Position numbers and translations under genes: made by a program. Of a DNA stretch of 38,483 nucleotides, positions 1-8,274 are shown one piece after another. The DNA comes from a virus: IMG/VR virus record IMGVR_UViG_3300031183_000001. The stretch is one strand, 5' to 3'. The notes below the pieces were generated by a model. It had not been told where the DNA came from and searched no databases. It was given only the letters and a program-made list of their open reading frames with translations. The number at the start of each line of letters is the position of its first letter. The stretch's first letter is position 1.

Positions 1-127
1 GGCGGCGCGTACCCAGCGGTCCTCGTCCCGGAGGTGGCGGACGACGACGGCGACGGTGCCCGGCTGGAGGCCGGGCAGCGCGGTCTGGAGGCGGGCGAGC
101 GGGTCGGGGCCCGGGTCGGCGCCGACC
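1..127. repeat. Terminal 127-bp copy, identical to 38357-38483 (circular assembly overlap)
   Basis: Base-for-base identity: ggcggcgcgtacccagcgg...gtcggcgccgacc occurs at both ends. Confidence 0.95.
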
Positions 128-408
128 TGGTCGGCGAGCCAGGTGAGCCGGCCGGTGAGCCGGCGGTCGAGGTCGGCCCACGTGGCGGCCTCCTGGGGCT
201 CGGCGAAGAGGACGGTGCCGACGGGGTCGCCGTGGTCGCCGAGGACGTGTCGGGTGCCCCACAGCGGGGATCGGAGCGTCGGGGCGGCGGCGAGCACCCC
301 TTCGTCGTCGGTGGCGGCTTCGCGGTGGACGTAGTTGGCGAGGGTGGTCCGGGCCAGGTGGAGTGACCAGATGGCGGCGCGGGCGTGGAGGTGGATCGGG
401 TGCTGCAA
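1..408 (-). CDS. 5' part (136 codons) of a 208-aa hypothetical protein split by the linearisation point
   Basis: TTG start at 408-406 with AGGAG (complement of 414-418) 5 nt upstream. The frame has a natural amino-acid composition and ends exactly on a codon boundary at base 1. It continues from 38356 down to the TGA at 38140-38138. The ORF is absent from the track because it is cut by the window edges. Confidence 0.7.
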   Translation of the reverse strand, partial: MQHPIHLHARAAIWSLHLARTTLANYVHREAATDDEGVLAAAPTLRSPLWGTRHVLGDHGDPVGTVLFAEPQEAATWADLDRRLTGRLTWLADQVGADPGPDPLARLQTALPGLQPGTVAVVVRHLRDEDRWVRAA

Positions 409-469
409 CGGTGCTCCTGTGTCGTTCGTGTGCCGGCCGCGCCCGGTGGTGGGCGCGGCCGGCGGTGGG

Positions 470-817
470 TCAGCGGCGGGTGGTGAGGAAGCGCCACCAG
501 CGGCGAAGGAAGCGGCGCTTGTCGCGCCACACGATGCTCATCGCGTCCCCGGCGTACGGGGCGACGGCCTCGCCTGGTGTGGGGCCGGTGATCGGCGGTA
601 GCGGCGGGTCGGCGGCGATCTGCCCGACGGGCCGCGGGCGGTCGACAGACCGGGCCCAGGACGGGGACGGCGGCGGTACGGCGGGGTGTCGGGCCCACCA
701 GGATGGGTTGCCGGGGGCGGTGTCGGGCCAGGTGGCGTAGCCGGGCCTGGTGAGTGAGATCGCCCGCCAGCGGGCGTCGCGCTCGTCACCGGTCGGTAGC
801 GGATGGGCGGCGGTCAT
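470..817 (-). CDS. Hypothetical protein, 115 aa
   Basis: C-terminal part of track ORF 470..1072. ATG at 817 is preceded by GGGAGGG and overlaps the upstream stop (ATGA). Confidence 0.7.
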   Translation of the reverse strand: MTAAHPLPTGDERDARWRAISLTRPGYATWPDTAPGNPSWWARHPAVPPPSPSWARSVDRPRPVGQIAADPPLPPITGPTPGEAVAPYAGDAMSIVWRDKRRFLRRWWRFLTTRR

Positions 818-1134
818 CGGTCGTCCCTCCCGACGGGTTGCCACGGGCCGATCCAGACCGTCCGCCCCACCACCTCCCACTCGCTCATGTCGTGCTGCTC
901 GTCGGCCCGGAGCTGGCGGCGGAGTTCGCCAGACCCGCGGTGCCAGTACCGTCGCTCGGTGCGGAGCCGGCCGCCGCCCATCTGATGGCCGATCTCGGTC
1001 AGCGCGGCTGTCCGGCCGGCCTGGTAGGCGGTGGCGACATCGCAGGGCCACGGCTGCTCGTCGTGCGCGCATCGGTTGCCGTTGCGGGTGCGGGTCGGCT
1101 GGTGCCGGTCGTACCCGGGCATGTTGCGGGTCAT
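814..1134 (-). CDS. Hypothetical protein, 106 aa
   Basis: Track ORF. ATGA start/stop overlaps at both ends (1131-1134 and 814-817). Confidence 0.7.
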   Translation of the reverse strand: MTRNMPGYDRHQPTRTRNGNRCAHDEQPWPCDVATAYQAGRTAALTEIGHQMGGGRLRTERRYWHRGSGELRRQLRADEQHDMSEWEVVGRTVWIGPWQPVGRDDR

Positions 1135-1727
1135 CGGCAGACGTCCTCGACGGCGGGCCAGCAGGTGCTACAGCGTGGGGCCGGGTCGCCGGTGGCGCGC
1201 GGGAGGGCTTCGCCGCACTGCGTGCAGTGTCCGCCGGGGCCGAGGGCCCAGGCGTCGGCGAGGGCTTGGACGGCGATCTGGGCTGCGGTGTCGGCGGTGA
1301 GGAGCGCGAGGAGCCCGTGATCGTCGCTGTGCGGGCGGAGGGCGTTGGCGACGATGCCGGCGAGTTCGGCGTCGGTGCGCCGCGGCGGGGCCTTGTCGGC
1401 GAGGGCCGCGGCCTCCTGCGCGATCTGTCGCAGGGTTGCGACCCGGCTGGTCAGCTCGTCGCGCTCGGCGCGCAGCCGCCGGACCTCGTCGGTGGGCCGC
1501 TCGTCACCGTGCGCGCGCGACGGGGAACCGGGGCCGGCCGCGGTGCTGCCGGGCCAGGTGACGGTGATGCGGCCGGTGGAGATGAGGTCGGCGACCGTCT
1601 GGACGTCGTCGGCGGTCGTGGTGGCGTGGCGGCGGTGGAGCCAGTTGCGGATGGTGTCGCCGTCGACGTCGACGGCGGCGTGGCGCATGATTGCGGCGGC
1701 TGCCTGACGGTGGTCAATCCCAGGCAT
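1131..1727 (-). CDS. Hypothetical protein, 198 aa, with C-terminal CxxC...CxxC zinc-ribbon-like motif
   Basis: Internal ATG at 1727 with AAGGAG upstream. The remaining N-terminal part of track ORF 1131..2423 is Arg/Pro-rich and overlaps the upstream gene. The C-terminus reads HCTQCGEALPRATGDPAPRCSTCW. Confidence 0.75.
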   Translation of the reverse strand: MPGIDHRQAAAAIMRHAAVDVDGDTIRNWLHRRHATTTADDVQTVADLISTGRITVTWPGSTAAGPGSPSRAHGDERPTDEVRRLRAERDELTSRVATLRQIAQEAAALADKAPPRRTDAELAGIVANALRPHSDDHGLLALLTADTAAQIAVQALADAWALGPGGHCTQCGEALPRATGDPAPRCSTCWPAVEDVCR

Positions 1728-1759
1728 GGTCTTCTCCTTGTCTCGGATTCCGTGGGCGG

Positions 1760-2452
1760 TCACCAGTCGGTCACCACCTGCCGCACGGCGGGCCCGTCGA
1801 GGACGACTACGCCGCCGTCGTCGATCAGCCGCTCCACGACCGGGTGGCCGTAGCGCTGTACGAGGGCGTCGTAGGCGGCGTCGGCGGATGGTCCGCTGTT
1901 GGTGGTGACGACCAGGCGGCGCCCGTTGGCACAGCGGTGGTCGACGATGCGTTGGAGCTGCTCCAGCCACCAGTCGGTGACCCGCTCCCGTCCGAGGTCG
2001 TCGAGGATGAGCAGGTCGCAGGTGGTGGCGTAGTCGTAGGTGAGAGGAGCGCCGGAGTCGGGTTTGAGGGCGGCGGACAGGTCGGCCGCGGTCCATGCCA
2101 TGACCCAGGTGTTCCGGGTGTGGACGTCGTTGGCGATGGCGTAGGCGGCGGTGGTCTTGCCGGTGCGGCTGGGTCCGGCGAGGAGTAGGGCGCGGGGGCC
2201 GTGGTCCCACCAGCGGCGGATCCGCCCGCCGGGGTCTTGGTCGGGGCGGAGGGTGTCGTAGCTGGCGGTGGCGTATCTGCTGGGCCGGCGGCGGAGGTAG
2301 GCGGCGGCCCGGTTGGCGGCCTGTCGGGCGAGCCGGGCTGCGTGTTCGGCGGCTTCGGCGTCGGCGAGGAGCTGGTCGGCGCGGCTGAGGTCGATGTGTC
2401 GGCGGGCGGCGAGGTCTTGCCACGGCCCGAGCCCAGCCTTGAGGGTGATCAT
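1760..2452 (-). CDS. DnaC/IstB-like AAA+ helicase-loader ATPase, 230 aa
   Basis: Walker A GPSRTGKT and Walker B LLILDDLG. ATG at 2452 with GGAGG upstream; overlaps the stop of the upstream gene. Confidence 0.85.
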   Translation of the reverse strand: MITLKAGLGPWQDLAARRHIDLSRADQLLADAEAAEHAARLARQAANRAAAYLRRRPSRYATASYDTLRPDQDPGGRIRRWWDHGPRALLLAGPSRTGKTTAAYAIANDVHTRNTWVMAWTAADLSAALKPDSGAPLTYDYATTCDLLILDDLGRERVTDWWLEQLQRIVDHRCANGRRLVVTTNSGPSADAAYDALVQRYGHPVVERLIDDGGVVVLDGPAVRQVVTDW

Positions 2453-3318
2453 CGGGTGCCTCCGGTGGTGCTGGCGTAGGTGGCGTTGGCGCCGGAGCGG
2501 AATGGGTTGTCGTCGCGGCGGTCGATGTGCCGGTTGGCGCCGGTGGCGATGGCGGGGGTTGTTGGGCGGCGGCGGGTGTCTTCGGCGGCCTTGCGCATCC
2601 AGTTGCGCCAGGTGGCCTCCCAGTCGGTGCGGCGGCCCTTCGCGCCGGGTTGGGCGCGCCAGTAGTCGCGGAACTTGGCGGTTTCGGTGGGGCCGTCGAC
2701 GCCGGGGCAGTGTTCGCGGAACCACGCCTTCATGGCGGGGGTGACTTCGAAGTCGTCGGGGATGCGGGTGCCCTTGGGTTCGCGGGGCGCGGCTTGGGGC
2801 GCGTTCCCCTCGCGCTCCCCCCTGTTCCCTGTTCCCTGTTCCCTGTTCCTTTCCAGGGGTGAGTCGTCCGTGACGGTGTCGTGAGGGCTCAGTGAGTTGT
2901 CAGTGAGTTCGTGGTGACTGGCCTTTTCCGCTGGTAGGGCCAGGTCGTCCGTGCTGGTGGCGGCGCTGTCCACACCGTTGTCCACGGGAGGCGGTGCGGG
3001 GAGCTTGCTGCGCGTCGGGCGGTTGATTTTCTGGTGCTCACGCCAGTTGGTGATGGCTAGGTAGGAGCGCTCACCGACCTTGTACCGACGGATCAGTGAG
3101 GACTCACTGAGTGCTCTGAGGTCGAGCTCGACGTCGCTGGCGAGCCGGTCGTCGAGGGGCCAGATGGCGGCTTTGATGAGCCGGGCGTCATCGACGCAGC
3201 GGCCCTCGTCGTCAGCGTGCGTCCACAGCCCGATGAAGGTCAGCCGGGCCTCGACTGGCAGGCTGGCGACGGTCAGCGAGGTGAAGAACTCCGGCTTGAT
3301 CGTCCTGATCCGGGCCAC
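2449..3318 (-). CDS. Phage replication initiator / replisome organiser (DnaD-like N-terminal domain), 289 aa
   Basis: The N-terminus MARIRTIKPEFF... is, from memory, characteristic of phage replisome-organiser proteins. GTG start at 3318. Sits directly upstream of the loader ATPase gene. Confidence 0.8.
   Translation of the reverse strand: MARIRTIKPEFFTSLTVASLPVEARLTFIGLWTHADDEGRCVDDARLIKAAIWPLDDRLASDVELDLRALSESSLIRRYKVGERSYLAITNWREHQKINRPTRSKLPAPPPVDNGVDSAATSTDDLALPAEKASHHELTDNSLSPHDTVTDDSPLERNREQGTGNRGEREGNAPQAAPREPKGTRIPDDFEVTPAMKAWFREHCPGVDGPTETAKFRDYWRAQPGAKGRRTDWEATWRNWMRKAAEDTRRRPTTPAIATGANRHIDRRDDNPFRSGANATYASTTGGTR
2821..2848. repeat. Four perfect tandem copies of the heptamer CCTGTTC (GAACAGG on the coding strand)
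   Basis: Read directly: cctgttc x4, inside the linker region of the initiator gene. Confidence 0.95.
2890..3109. promoter_or_regulatory. Iteron-like CAGTGAG motifs: two direct copies plus an inverted pair
   Basis: CAGTGAGTT at 2890-2898 and 2901-2909. CAGTGAG-GA-CTCACTG at 3094-3109. The repeat-bearing linker around 2810-2960 looks lower in G+C than its surroundings. Confidence 0.5.
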
Positions 3319-3358
3319 GTGGGTGTGCCTTCCTGATTCTGGAATGGGATGGGGTCAG

Positions 3359-3622
3359 TCAGGGGGTGGTTGGCCAGCAGTGGCGGCACCAGGTGACCTG
3401 GTGCTGGTCGGCGGCCTGCTGGCCGGGGAGGGTGAGCCCGGTGCGGGTGGATCGGCCGCATCGGGTGCGGCCTGCCGCGCCGAGGGCGTGGGCGGTGATG
3501 CCGCGGCGCATGGTGGCGATCCACACCTGGCCGTTCGTCGGGGCTGCTGTCCGCGAGGTGGGGCCCCATCGTTCGGCGATGAGCGCGGCGATGAGCGCGG
3601 CGCGGTCGTCGTTCCTGTCCAT
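3359..3622 (-). CDS. Hypothetical protein, 87 aa
   Basis: ATG at 3622 with GGAG upstream. C-terminal part of track ORF 3359..3775. Confidence 0.65.
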   Translation of the reverse strand: MDRNDDRAALIAALIAERWGPTSRTAAPTNGQVWIATMRRGITAHALGAAGRTRCGRSTRTGLTLPGQQAADQHQVTWCRHCWPTTP

Positions 3623-3834
3623 CACTGGTCTCCGATTCGGCGTCGGTGGGCGTCCTGGGCGTCGGCCGTGTCGGGCAGCGCGTGACGCGGGTGCCGGTGG
3701 GGCAGACCGCACCGGCAGAGGTGCTGGCCGGGGGTGATCGGGTCCGGTAGTCCCGGGTCCGGGACGTAGACGCACGGGGCGAGCCGGCTCTGGGCGGCCT
3801 GCCGGCGGCGCGGACGGGGACGGTGGCGGGTCAT
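3622..3834 (-). CDS. Hypothetical protein, 70 aa
   Basis: ATG at 3834 overlaps the stop of the upstream micro-ORF (TGATG). C-terminal part of track ORF 3622..3942. Confidence 0.55.
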   Translation of the reverse strand: MTRHRPRPRRRQAAQSRLAPCVYVPDPGLPDPITPGQHLCRCGLPHRHPRHALPDTADAQDAHRRRIGDQ

Positions 3835-3968
3835 CAGCGGGCCTTCCGGGCGGTGAGGGTGACGGTGACCGGGGTCAGCGGGATCGGCCGGAGTTGGCGG
3901 TCGGTGACGGCCCAGATGACCGGTTGGCCGCAGGACCGGCACGGCTCCGTCGGGTAGGTGTCAGTCAT
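3834..3968 (-). CDS. Micro-protein, 44 aa, with CxxC motif (MTDTYPTEPCRSCGQPVIWAVTDRQLRPIPLTPVTVTLTARKAR)
   Basis: Below the track length cutoff. ATG at 3968 overlaps the upstream stop (ATGACTGA) and its stop overlaps the next ATG. Third codon positions are G/C-rich. Confidence 0.5.
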   Translation of the reverse strand: MTDTYPTEPCRSCGQPVIWAVTDRQLRPIPLTPVTVTLTARKAR

Positions 3969-4314
3969 CGTGGTGCTGCTCCTTGTCGAGGGCGGCCCGT
4001 CCGGCGTCGGTCAGGACGTACCGGTCGGCGCTGGCCGGCAGGCCGTATCCGAGGGCGGCCAGCTCGGCGGCGGCGAGGGCGAGCAGGCTGGCCCGGTGGT
4101 GGGGGTGCATCGAGGTGATCCGGTCCCAGGCCCATCCGCCGGGGCAGGGCAGGCCCGGCGGGCAGTCGTGGACCAGGGCGTCGACGTGGTCGCGGGCGAG
4201 CTGGACCAGATCGCGTAGGGCGGCCAGGTGCTGGTCGGTGGCGGCGACCAGCGCCGGGGCGGGGTGGGGCCCCGGGGCCGGCATGCCGGCCCCGGGGGTG
4301 TGCCTGTCAGCCAC
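3961..4314 (-). CDS. Hypothetical protein, 117 aa
   Basis: Track ORF. GTG start at 4314 overlaps the helicase stop (GTGGCTGA). Confidence 0.7.
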   Translation of the reverse strand: MADRHTPGAGMPAPGPHPAPALVAATDQHLAALRDLVQLARDHVDALVHDCPPGLPCPGGWAWDRITSMHPHHRASLLALAAAELAALGYGLPASADRYVLTDAGRAALDKEQHHDD

Positions 4315-6007
4315 CGGTGCCCACCGCCAGGGCGACGGTGCGGTCCGGGCCGAGGGCGCACCGGCACTCGGTGTGGTGCGCGCCGCAGCGCCGGCAGTCG
4401 TCGAGGAGGGTGGCGTACCGGCTGCCGCCGGGTGGGGCGAGGATGTAGCCGTGGTCGGCCAGGTGGGCGGCGTCGCTGGCGGGTAGCGGCCCGTACGGCG
4501 TGTCCACCAGCGGTTCCGGTTCCGGGTCCGGGTCGGGGAGCGGATCCGCGGCCGGCTGCCAGCCGGGCACGCCGTCTACGTACCGGTCCACCCACGCCAG
4601 GCCGTACCGGTCCAGCACACGCCGGGCACGGGTCACCGCGACGTACGCCAGCATGCACTCCTCGCGCGCCGGCACCGGCGGCGCCTGACCACCCTCCGCC
4701 TTCGGCGGCTCCTGGAAGTCGCCCGCGATCCGGACCGTGTCCCACTCGCGGCCCTTCGCCTTGTGCGCGGTGCTGACGATCACGTCGGCGTGCTGCTCGT
4801 CGACCAGGGCGTCACACACCCGCATCACCTCGCGGGCGCCGTGCTTGTCGATCAGCCGGACGAACACCCGCAGGTCGGAGCCGCCCGCGTCCATCTCGAC
4901 GTACTCCTGCACCTCACGCCACGTCTGGAAGGCGAAGAGGTCGGGGTGATCGGTGGGGATCCCAGCCTGGAGCCTCTCGGCCGCTTCGGCCATCCGGCGG
5001 ATCTCGGCGCCACCACCGACCAGCGCCACGCGCCGGCCCGCGGCGAGCCCGTCCATCGCGCGCACGATCGCGCCGGCGTTGGACCGGCACAGCACCGCAT
5101 CGGGTACGGGGCAGGGCTGCACCCGGGAGTCGATCGCGGCGTACCCGCGCAACCGCAGCGGCGCGTCGAGCAGGTCCAACCACTTGTTGGCCTCGGCGGC
5201 CACCTTCTCGCCGAAGCGGAAGGACTGGCTGAGCTGACAACGCTGGCCCGAGAAGGTGGCCATGGCGTCGACCGCGCCACGCCACCCGTAGATGGCCTGG
5301 CAGCGGTCACCGACCAGGATCCGCTGGGCCTGCTGGGCCTCGACGAGTGCGGCCACGGCCGGGTTGGCGTCCTGGGCCTCGTCGAGCAGCACGTAGTCGC
5401 CCGGCAGCTGCGGCCCGGACATCGCCCAGATCTTGAGGTACACGTCGTGCGTGAAGCGCAGCTGCCCGTCAGGCCGGGTGAGGTCGGTGTCCCAGGCCCG
5501 CTGGGCGACCGGCACGAGGTAGCGGGCGAGCTCGACCTGGCCGGGCCGGTCGAGGCCGGGCACCAGCGGCACGTGCGTCCGGGTGATCTGCTCGTCCGCG
5601 CTGTAGCAGAACCGCTGGATCGTCTCCGTGGCCAGCCTCGCGAGCTGCTGTGGGGCGAGCATCACCTCGCCGACCTTGACCGGCTCGCGGATGCCCATGA
5701 TGATCGCCGTCTCGCGGGCCGGTACCCGCGGGCCGTTGAGTCGGTGTGCGTACTTCCGGCCGACCGCGCCGAAGGCGAAGCTGTGCGCCGTCCGGCAGAC
5801 CACCCCGGAGGGGAAACTCTTGGCCGCGTCCGTGGCGATCGCCTTGTTGTAGGCCAGGTACACGCCCCGCCGCTGGCCGGCGCGGGTGGCCAGCATCTTG
5901 AGCGTGGAGGTCTTGCCGGTGCCGGCGCCGGCCTCGATGGTGAGGTCGGCGCCGGTTGCCGCGGCGTCGATGATGGCCTGCTGCTCGTCGGTCGGACGGT
6001 GGCTCAT
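4307..6007 (-). CDS. SF1 (UvrD/RecD-like) DNA helicase, 566 aa, with PDPDPEPEP linker and Cys/His-rich C-terminal tail
   Basis: Walker A EAGAGTGKTS, a DEAQD box, and VTRARRVL near the end of the helicase core. ATG at 6007 with GGAGGTGG upstream. Confidence 0.9.
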   Translation of the reverse strand: MSHRPTDEQQAIIDAAATGADLTIEAGAGTGKTSTLKMLATRAGQRRGVYLAYNKAIATDAAKSFPSGVVCRTAHSFAFGAVGRKYAHRLNGPRVPARETAIIMGIREPVKVGEVMLAPQQLARLATETIQRFCYSADEQITRTHVPLVPGLDRPGQVELARYLVPVAQRAWDTDLTRPDGQLRFTHDVYLKIWAMSGPQLPGDYVLLDEAQDANPAVAALVEAQQAQRILVGDRCQAIYGWRGAVDAMATFSGQRCQLSQSFRFGEKVAAEANKWLDLLDAPLRLRGYAAIDSRVQPCPVPDAVLCRSNAGAIVRAMDGLAAGRRVALVGGGAEIRRMAEAAERLQAGIPTDHPDLFAFQTWREVQEYVEMDAGGSDLRVFVRLIDKHGAREVMRVCDALVDEQHADVIVSTAHKAKGREWDTVRIAGDFQEPPKAEGGQAPPVPAREECMLAYVAVTRARRVLDRYGLAWVDRYVDGVPGWQPAADPLPDPDPEPEPLVDTPYGPLPASDAAHLADHGYILAPPGGSRYATLLDDCRRCGAHHTECRCALGPDRTVALAVGTGG

Positions 6008-7284
6008 GCCGCCACCTCCGCCGGCTGCCGCTCGTCGACGGGCGGCGTGGTCTGCTCGACGTACCGGCGGAGCCGGTCGATCACCGCCGCCACCTCGTCG
6101 GCCGTCAGCTCGCGCGTGCTCGCCACCGTCCGGCCGACGACCTCGCTGGCGTACGCCAGCCGCTCATCCCGGTCCGTGATGTCCGCCTCGCTGAACAAGG
6201 CGAACATCCGTCGACGCTGGTGGTCCTGCTGGTCGAGCTGTTCGCGGCGGGCCTGCCACCGCTGCTTGAACAGCTCGGCCTCCGCGTCGGTGATCGTGCC
6301 GGCGAGGTGTGCCCGACGCGCGTCATGCCAGACCTGGCGGAGGGCGTCCTGGCTGGTGGCGTTGGCGACGGTCTCCAGGAGGCGGGTGGCGACCTCGCCG
6401 GGCGTGGCTGGCCCGGCGGGCGGCCCGGACACGGGCCGGGTCGCCGGCGTGCCCGGCTCCGCCGACGCGGCCAGGTCGGCGGCGGTCACCTGCGGCTGCA
6501 CCAGGTCCCGCACATGCGCCTCGCCCGGCTCGCACTTCAAGACGTCGAAGATCACCTTTTCCAAGGTGAGGTCGGGCATGGGGCGGGGCCGGTCCACTCC
6601 GGGACGGATGCCGGCGTGTACCGACCGGGCGCCGACGATCAGCGGCGGGTGATCCCGGCTAACCCGGATCCACACCGAGGCGTCGTACGCCAAGTTCCGC
6701 TGCCCCTCGACGCGGTACTCCCGGCTGCCCTCGATCGGGCGGCCGTTGGCGTCGAGCGCCGCCACCTCCTTGCCGCGGGCGGTCATGACGACGATGCCCG
6801 GCATCGTCATGAGCAGGGTCATGAGCCGCCGGTGCTTGGCGTTGATCTCGTTCCAGATGTCCATGGAGATCTGCGGCTCGGTGTCAGGCGCCAGTCGGCG
6901 GCCCTTCCGCGCCAGGCGTTCACGGGCTTTGGCGTCGGCGAGGGCCTTGAGGAGGTCCCACTCGGCGGTCATCGAGTCGATGACCAGCACGACCGGGGGC
7001 TCGCCGGCGTCGGCGGCCCGCTGGGCCTCAGCCTTGACCGCTTCCACAGCGGCGAGGATCTGCGTCCAGGTGCCGTCGTGCTCGACGATCAGGTAGCGGG
7101 CTCCGGGGATGGCGCCGTACTCGTCGGCCGAGCCCTCGCCCAGGTCGATCCAGTAGGTCTGACCGACCCGGGGGCTGGCGGACAACTCGGCGCAGGCCCA
7201 GGACTTGCCAGCCTTCTCCGGCCCCTCGATCAAGATCAGGGGCCACGGCACGCGGCCGGTGGGTTTACGGGTACGCAAGGTCAT
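6004..7284 (-). CDS. RecA-like / Sak4-like AAA ATPase, 426 aa, with long C-terminal extension
   Basis: Walker A GPEKAGKS and Walker B VLVIDSM. ATG at 7284 with GGAG upstream. The rest of track ORF 6004..7848 is an Arg/Pro-rich shadow. Confidence 0.85.
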   Translation of the reverse strand: MTLRTRKPTGRVPWPLILIEGPEKAGKSWACAELSASPRVGQTYWIDLGEGSADEYGAIPGARYLIVEHDGTWTQILAAVEAVKAEAQRAADAGEPPVVLVIDSMTAEWDLLKALADAKARERLARKGRRLAPDTEPQISMDIWNEINAKHRRLMTLLMTMPGIVVMTARGKEVAALDANGRPIEGSREYRVEGQRNLAYDASVWIRVSRDHPPLIVGARSVHAGIRPGVDRPRPMPDLTLEKVIFDVLKCEPGEAHVRDLVQPQVTAADLAASAEPGTPATRPVSGPPAGPATPGEVATRLLETVANATSQDALRQVWHDARRAHLAGTITDAEAELFKQRWQARREQLDQQDHQRRRMFALFSEADITDRDERLAYASEVVGRTVASTRELTADEVAAVIDRLRRYVEQTTPPVDERQPAEVAA

Positions 7285-7496
7285 CGGGCGTCTCCAGTCG
7301 TGCGGGGGGTGGCGTTGCGGCGGTGGCGGCCGGGCCCGTGGCGGCGGGTCGGCCCGGCGGGTGCGGCCTCGGCCGCGGCCTGCTCGGCGGGCGGGGTGAC
7401 GACCCGGGCGCGGCCGACCGCGCGGGTGGGGCCGAGACGGCGGCGGTGGTCGACGAGCCGCCCGTACAGGTGGTAGTCGTGGTCGGCGGTGCTCAC
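7281..7496 (-). CDS. Hypothetical protein, 71 aa
   Basis: GTG at 7496 preceded by GAGGAGG. Stop overlaps the next ATG (ATGA). Confidence 0.65.
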   Translation of the reverse strand: MSTADHDYHLYGRLVDHRRRLGPTRAVGRARVVTPPAEQAAAEAAPAGPTRRHGPGRHRRNATPRTTGDAR

Positions 7497-7897
7497 CGGC
7501 GGTCCTCCTCGTCGGTGGTCGGCAGGTCAGCGACGTAGGCCAGCCACTCGTGGGCGAGGCCAGCCAGGTGGCTGCCGGCGCGCTGCCGGTCGTCGGGCCG
7601 CCGCCACCGGGTGGCGGCGACCTGGCCGGCCAGCTCGGCCAGCTCGGCCCGGTAGCGGGCGAGCTGGCCGGTCTGCTGGCGGATGTGCCGGTGGGCGGCG
7701 GCGAGCCGGGCGGCCAGGGCGTCCAGCTCGGCCTGGTAGCCGGCGATGCGGGCGCGCTGGTGGCGGATCCGGGTCCGCTGCCGGGCGGCCCGGCGGGCGA
7801 CCGCCATCCGGGCCTGCTCGGCCCGGATGTAGGCGGCGGTCGCCCCACCGATCGCGCCGGACAGGCCGAGGATGGCCACGACGTAGATCGCGTCCAT
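7493..7897 (-). CDS. Membrane-anchored coiled-coil protein, 134 aa
   Basis: ATG at 7897. N-terminal hydrophobic helix IYVVAILGLSGAIGGATAAYI followed by heptad-like Arg/Ala/Leu/Gln sequence. Confidence 0.7.
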   Translation of the reverse strand: MDAIYVVAILGLSGAIGGATAAYIRAEQARMAVARRAARQRTRIRHQRARIAGYQAELDALAARLAAAHRHIRQQTGQLARYRAELAELAGQVAATRWRRPDDRQRAGSHLAGLAHEWLAYVADLPTTDEEDRR

Positions 7898-7899
7898 CG

Positions 7900-8274
7900 C
7901 TACCGGACCCAGTTGTCGTTGCAGCCCTCGGCGTGCGGGCCCGGGTATGCCTCGCCGCAGCAGGGCCAGGGGTCGGCGGTGCCGTCGAGGATGTCGAGGA
8001 CGGAGCGGGCCAGGTCGCGCAGTCCGGCGAGGTAGCCGCGGCCCCACTCGCTGGTCGGCTGGCCAAGGATCGCCGGCGGTTGGTCGCCGGCGTAGTCCAT
8101 GGCGAGGCGGCGTACGTCCAGCAGCGCGGCCAGGTCGGCGGCGGTGGACGTCTGCCGGTAGCGGGGCTGTGGGCCCATCGGTCCGGGCTGGGCCGGCACC
8201 TGGGGCGGGTCCTGCCAGGGCCGGACCGGGCCGGCCGGTGGGGTGGTCGGCTGCGGTTGGACGGGCGCGCTCAC
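7900..8274 (-). CDS. Hypothetical protein, 124 aa
   Basis: GTG at 8274 overlaps the upstream stop (GTGA) with GGGAGG upstream. C-terminal part of track ORF 7900..8604. Confidence 0.6.
   Translation of the reverse strand: MSAPVQPQPTTPPAGPVRPWQDPPQVPAQPGPMGPQPRYRQTSTAADLAALLDVRRLAMDYAGDQPPAILGQPTSEWGRGYLAGLRDLARSVLDILDGTADPWPCCGEAYPGPHAEGCNDNWVR

Noticed and set aside
1-127. The terminal duplication as biological direct terminal repeats or att sites.
   Set aside because: The length equals a standard assembler k-mer and an ORF reads through the junction in frame. The attP core lies elsewhere (11544-11587). A genuine short terminal redundancy cannot be excluded without read data.
750-1853. Long plus-strand ORF (367 aa), together with similar track ORFs such as 4763..6652(+), 6220..7476(+), 7947..9299(+), 14689..16251(-), 16583..18436(-), 18501..19838(-) and 35859..36989(+).
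   Set aside because: These are Arg/Pro/Gly/Ala-dominated shadow frames lying antisense or out of frame to genes with clear motifs and RBSs. This is typical of ~70% G+C DNA, where stop codons are rare in all six frames.
6004-7848. Full-length versions of track ORFs that extend far upstream, such as 6004..7848, 1131..2423, 1760..2725, 8271..9410, 27969..29105 and 24750..26819.
   Set aside because: The N-terminal extensions are low-complexity Arg/Pro sequence and overlap the well-supported upstream gene. Internal ATG or GTG codons with Shine-Dalgarno motifs and ATGA/GTGA coupling give compact, non-overlapping genes.
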